This document shows positions 33,391-36,960 of a DNA stretch of 36,960 bases, one piece after another. The notes under the pieces are model-generated. The model was not told the DNA's origin and ran no database searches. It saw nothing but the letters and a program-made list of their open reading frames with translations. A program made the translations under genes and the position numbers. The DNA lies in IMG/VR virus record IMGVR_UViG_3300026966_000012, one strand, 5' to 3'. Position 1 is the stretch's first letter; the number at the start of each line of letters is the position of its first letter. Origin of the DNA: a virus (Duplodnaviria > Heunggongvirae > Uroviricota > Caudoviricetes).

Positions 33391-33411
33391 GTGATGGCGT
33401 AGCGATATGTA

Positions 33412-33690
33412 ATGCCAGTCTGTGAGCTGTGCGGGAGAATACGCGCGTCCTGTGTGCTTGGGTTGACCCAGGAGCTACAGGACGACGACTGGCTCCGCCT
33501 GGACGTGAGACAGGTGAAGCTATCGTGCAACCAGTGTGCCGACACGCTGGTGAGTAAAGGGAAAGCAAGGGAAATGCCGTTAGAGGACGGGGATGCGCAC
33601 GACATCTGGTACAAGAACTGTCTCGAAATCACAGACGGGAAGCAGTCGATCTGGGCCGGGTGGGTGCCCGATATGCGGAAGATGGTCTGA
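33412..33690 (+). CDS. Zinc-finger protein
   Basis: VCELCG...SCNQCA. Confidence 0.62.
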   Translation: MPVCELCGRIRASCVLGLTQELQDDDWLRLDVRQVKLSCNQCADTLVSKGKAREMPLEDGDAHDIWYKNCLEITDGKQSIWAGWVPDMRKMV

Positions 33691-34330
33691 AAGTTTTCTG
33701 TAGTTGTGTCCAAGTTTAGTTGTGAAAGTGGGTTTGGACTGAGTGCAAGCTGGGTTGCGTTTGTGTATGGAAAGTGTCTCGTTTTGCTGAGGGGGGTGAA
33801 ATCGCTATAGGGGAGTGGATTTTGGATAGGGAGATTTTCGGACAAAATCGAGAGATGCTCGTTTAGAGACGCCGCTATTCGGTGGATACAGGCCTCCTAC
33901 GGGCCTTCTGTGGGCACTTCAGATCGTCTACGAAGGGCACTCTCGGGGCTTCTCGGGCCTGTTTAGAGGCCGACGAAGCACTATGCGTGGATTCTGTGGC
34001 GCGGTATTTGGACGTTTGTCTATATATTCGCCCAGGACGCGATCTGCGACGTCGTCGGTGCGCCCAGGCGCTCCTGGTGGTAGCACGACGGGTGCGCGCG
34101 AACTGTCGATGGAGGGTCCAGAGTGCTCGTTCTCGCAAAAACGCTATCCCAGAGGCGCGTGCCGGCTTCGCGCCGCACCCCGCCGACTGTCGCCGTTGGC
34201 TCCTGTCGCCTATCCCTGAGCTCGTTATTGTCGGCGCGCTATCCCTGTGTCGTGCCGTTCTCGTTATCCTGCTCGCGCTATCCCTGCGCCGAGTGTGCTC
34301 GTTGGCGTGAAATGCATATCCCTTGCTATG
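33691..34330. repeat. Non-coding, strand-skewed region with degenerate short repeats (origin/terminus-like)
   Basis: G+T-rich stretch 33691-33840; TATCCC at 34145, 34211, 34240, 34279, 34317; CTCGTT at 33778, 33858, 34126, 34221, 34260, 34298. Confidence 0.6.
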
Positions 34331-34499
34331 CGATGTGGAGACATTCCCAGTGCGACGTCGTCGTCTTCCTGTCCACACTCTATCACTATGCCTCACGATG
34401 ATTGAACGCGCCCCAGCGCCGGAAACCGGCAACGGCGTGACACCCATCGAACCATGCTACGTCTGTCGATTACCAGCAGTCCTATCAGATATACATATA

Positions 34500-34507
34500 T
34501 TTAATAC
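34500..34507 (+). promoter_or_regulatory. Strong leaderless promoter TATA box
   Basis: ATATATTTAATAC; ATG 34529 lies 22 bp downstream. Confidence 0.7.
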
Positions 34508-34528
34508 CTTACCAGTCCAAGGATAAGT

Positions 34529-34897
34529 ATGGCAAGAAAAAGCCACCCGGCGGAGCAGACGTGGGACGAGCGGGTCGTCGAGCAGCTGGAGTCGCTCGAG
34601 TACGTCGAGCACGTGCACCTGGACGGCGGCGAGCGCGACTACATCGCGGGACAGCGCGACGTCGACCGCATGACGTGGGTCGTGAAGCTGGACGAGTCGA
34701 CGATCCAGCAGATCGAGTTCGTGGAGGGCGCCGACGAGTTCAGCGAGACGCTGCGGGGCGTGCGCAACGACCTGGAGCTGGAGCTGGGCCTGGCGCCGGG
34801 CGACTCGTGGATGGAGTGGGACGAGATGGCACGCGGGACGATCTACGTGACGGGCACGCACGACAACCGCCCGGGCGGGAGCGACGTCTTCCGCTGA
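34529..34897 (+). CDS. Hypothetical protein
   Basis: 122 aa, very acidic, GC-rich codons, promoter directly upstream. Confidence 0.78.
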   Translation: MARKSHPAEQTWDERVVEQLESLEYVEHVHLDGGERDYIAGQRDVDRMTWVVKLDESTIQQIEFVEGADEFSETLRGVRNDLELELGLAPGDSWMEWDEMARGTIYVTGTHDNRPGGSDVFR

Positions 34898-34970
34898 GCG
34901 CGGCGTGGCGCGGTTACCCGGCAACGGTTGGCGTCGAGGGACGTCGGTGGTTCGAGTCCACCGCCGGGCG
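34898..34970 (+). pseudogene. tRNA-like element with intact acceptor and T arms but no anticodon arm
   Basis: GCGCGGC/GCCGGGC (1 mismatch), GGTGG-TTCGAGT-CCACC, 73 nt. The central region cannot form D or anticodon stems. Confidence 0.55.
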
Positions 34971-35016
34971 TTGGGCCGAAAAGACCCGGGACTGGCCCGC
35001 CCGAACGGAGCGACAG

Positions 35017-35322
35017 ATGAGTGAAGAACTCGCGCCCGCGGCGGAGCGGGCACTGGCGGAGGAGCACAGGGACGAAATCGCGCTGACGATCATCGACGAC
35101 GCCGTCGAGCTGTACGAGCTCGTGTCGCGTGTCGGCCTCATCGCCGAGGATGCAGCCGCCGAGCTCGAGTTCGTCGACGAGCAGGAGGGCTCGATCGACG
35201 ACGTCCACATGGCGGTCGACATCCTGAACGAGCTCGACGACAAGCTCGTGTACATGAACCGACAGAAGCGTCATGTCGAGAGCCTGCTGAACGAGCTGGA
35301 GCTCGTCGAGGAGGACCTGTAG
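35017..35322 (+). CDS. Hypothetical coiled-coil protein
   Basis: MSEELAPAAERALAEEHRD..., 101 aa. Confidence 0.72.
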   Translation: MSEELAPAAERALAEEHRDEIALTIIDDAVELYELVSRVGLIAEDAAAELEFVDEQEGSIDDVHMAVDILNELDDKLVYMNRQKRHVESLLNELELVEEDL

Positions 35323-35490
35323 ATGCCCGAGATCGAGGTGTCGGGCGACGTCGTCAAGGCGCGCCACTTCGGCGAGGTTGATGGCGAGTACGCGAAGCTC
35401 GTTGTCCACCGCGACCTGCTGGCTGACGACGAGAAGGCGACCGTCATCCTCGACGAGATGCGTGACGCGATCGCGCAGGAGGGCCGCTGA
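35323..35490 (+). CDS. Microprotein (55 aa)
   Basis: MPEIEVSGDVVKARHFGEVDG...; abuts its neighbours. Confidence 0.62.
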   Translation: MPEIEVSGDVVKARHFGEVDGEYAKLVVHRDLLADDEKATVILDEMRDAIAQEGR

Positions 35491-35687
35491 TGCACGACAC
35501 GTGTCAGTGTGAGGCGTGCAAGCTGGAGCGCCAGCGCGAGTACGAAGCGTCGTACCCCGAGCAGGCGCGGCGGGACAAGCTGGAACTGGGCGCTGAGGCG
35601 ACGACCGAGTTCGCCCGCGAGGAGGCGCTGCTGCTGAAGACGGGGATGACCGAGCGCGACGCGCGGGCCCGGGGGCTGATCGACTGA
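35490..35687 (+). CDS. Microprotein (65 aa)
   Basis: TGATG overlaps; CQCEAC. Confidence 0.65.
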   Translation: MHDTCQCEACKLERQREYEASYPEQARRDKLELGAEATTEFAREEALLLKTGMTERDARARGLID

Positions 35688-35854
35688 TGACCGCGATGGA
35701 CGACCTGCGCGTCGAGCGACAGCACTCGCGCTACGCGGTCGCGTTGGAGAACATCGAGGCGCTCGCGCACGACGGGCTCGAGCAGATGAGCGTCGAGGAG
35801 AAAGACGCGATCCTGCGTGAGATCGAGACGGTCGCGACGGAGGCGTTCGAATGA
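35687..35854 (+). CDS. Microprotein (55 aa)
   Basis: MTAMDDLRVERQHSRY...; overlaps on both sides. Confidence 0.62.
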   Translation: MTAMDDLRVERQHSRYAVALENIEALAHDGLEQMSVEEKDAILREIETVATEAFE

Positions 35855-36282
35855 GCCGTCCGGCGGAGAAACGCGCGGCCGCGATGATGGAGTTGCTGGA
35901 GGAGGACGGGACGATGAGCGAGGGACACGACGACTCGACCGACCCGGAGTGTTGGCGGGAGTCGTTCCTGGAGAGTGCGTTCGAGGAGGCGTCGACGATG
36001 GTGACCCGCGCTTCGATGGCGTACGACGAGGAGCACGGTGAGATGAACGACGAGATGCACCCGATGGACGTCATCCGCGGGGAGAACCTGCTCCGCGTCT
36101 ACGCGACGAGTCGGCCGTGGGCGATCCCGGTCGTGGTGGTCGAGGTCGCAGAGGCGCCGGCGTACTTCGACGAGCACAGCATGCTGACCGACGTTCGGGA
36201 AGTGTACGCCCGACGAAAGCCGGGGCTGTCGGAGGACCCGACGCACGTGAAGATCCAGATTCGTCCCGGGAGGCCACGGTGA
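35851..36282 (+). CDS. Hypothetical protein
   Basis: ATGA overlap, acidic 143 aa. Confidence 0.7.
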   Translation: MSRPAEKRAAAMMELLEEDGTMSEGHDDSTDPECWRESFLESAFEEASTMVTRASMAYDEEHGEMNDEMHPMDVIRGENLLRVYATSRPWAIPVVVVEVAEAPAYFDEHSMLTDVREVYARRKPGLSEDPTHVKIQIRPGRPR

Positions 36283-36455
36283 GCGACGTGGCGCGCGAAC
36301 CCGGTGAGTCGTCGGTGGCCGAGATGTCGACGGAGTCGCTGCTGTTCCAGACGGCGATGAACGATCGCTATGGTGGCGAGGTCGCCGACCTGATCGACTG
36401 GGATCTCGACGTGGAGATGCGTCGCGAGCTCGCGTCGCGAGGTGTCGAATGGTAG
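36279..36455 (+). CDS. Microprotein (58 aa)
   Basis: GTGA overlap; MSDVAREPGE... Confidence 0.6.
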   Translation: MSDVAREPGESSVAEMSTESLLFQTAMNDRYGGEVADLIDWDLDVEMRRELASRGVEW

Positions 36456-36559
36456 TGTACGCCGCGACAGCCCTGGTCGTCTGGCTCGGTGGCCTGTTCG
36501 TCCTGTGGCTCGTGTTCATGGGGACGAAGCAGACAATCGAGCACAGGAGGGCCGAGTGA
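36449..36559 (+). CDS. Small membrane protein (36 aa)
   Basis: MVVYAATALVVWLGGLFVLWLVFMGTKQTIEHRRAE. Confidence 0.58.
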   Translation: MVVYAATALVVWLGGLFVLWLVFMGTKQTIEHRRAE

Positions 36560-36819
36560 TGGCGAACTTCGGATGGTCGTACCCACCGGGCGCGGCGAAC
36601 GACCCGGCGGCGCCGTACAACGAGCCCGAGCGACCCGAGCCCGGGACTGTGATCACGCACGACGTCGCGGAGGCGTACTGCTCGACCTGTGACGAGACGA
36701 TCGGGCCGCAATCACCGGACGTCGTCGCGGACATGCTCGTCGCAGAGCACGAGGGGCACCTCGTCGAGGTGGAGTCGTGGACGGAGGAGGAAGTGTGGGA
36801 GGGTGACGATGCCCGGTAG
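36559..36819 (+). CDS. Phage-type hypothetical protein
   Basis: MANFGWSYPPGAANDPAAPYNE N-terminus resembling a recurring phage small-protein motif; CSTC. Confidence 0.68.
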   Translation: MANFGWSYPPGAANDPAAPYNEPERPEPGTVITHDVAEAYCSTCDETIGPQSPDVVADMLVAEHEGHLVEVESWTEEEVWEGDDAR

Positions 36820-36960
36820 CTACGAGCGCCACCTGGACGAGTTCGGCATCTGTCGCTGCGGGGCGTCCCGCTCGGGAACGGAGCCGATGTCGCTGGAGTA
36901 CCAGGACGACATGACCGGGCGATGGGTAATCGAGCAGGTGCCGGCGTGCGCTGACTGTTT
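36809..36960 (+). CDS. Partial hypothetical protein (runs off the window)
   Basis: MPGSYERHLDEFGICRCG...CADC; no stop within the window. Confidence 0.55.
   Translation, partial: MPGSYERHLDEFGICRCGASRSGTEPMSLEYQDDMTGRWVIEQVPACADC

Noticed and set aside
33875-34447. ORFs on both strands in the origin-like region
   Set aside because: Arg/Ala/Cys-rich, non-acidic translations unlike all credible genes here, and they overlap each other with no promoter support.
34561-35016. 5' extension of the 35017 gene given in the ORF track (253 aa)
   Set aside because: The extension is Arg/Gly-rich, overlaps the 34529 gene in another frame, and runs through the tRNA-like element.
35731-36711. 326-aa minus-strand ORF
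   Set aside because: Arg-rich antisense shadow of the coupled plus-strand microgenes.
1-36960. CRISPR array, rRNA or IS transposase
   Set aside because: No regularly spaced 25-40-bp direct repeats, rRNA-like sequence or DDE/HUH transposase motifs were seen.

Overview
This window looks like part of a haloarchaeal (Halobacteria-type) tailed virus, provirus or large mobile element: the proteome is acidic, promoters are leaderless TATA type, and many genes overlap at ATGA/TAATG. From left to right it holds a tyrosine recombinase, then an array of 16 intronless tRNA genes (1634-4768) with strongly structured spacers and an embedded MaoC hydratase. Next come a multi-HTH regulator, an ATP-dependent DNA ligase and a family B DNA polymerase. 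A virion-fibre-like cassette follows (a duplicated tail-type module, a PL9 polysaccharide lyase and a 1979-aa repeat protein), then a UvrD-like helicase, small genes, an HNH nuclease and an inverted Type IIG restriction-modification gene. An origin- or terminus-like non-coding region (33.7-34.5 kb) precedes a GC-richer block of tiny genes. The least explained signals are: an HDV/theta-ribozyme-like pseudoknot and further pseudoknots in tRNA trailers; several promoter-associated structured ncRNA candidates; tRNAs lacking U8/A14; a dispersed CTACCACCAG motif; a 4-copy promoter at near-fixed spacing from start codons; paired long-arm palindromes (the left one lox-like); and a recoded patch of polB spanning two intein sites. 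No capsid, terminase or CRISPR array was seen. All calls were made by eye without database searches.
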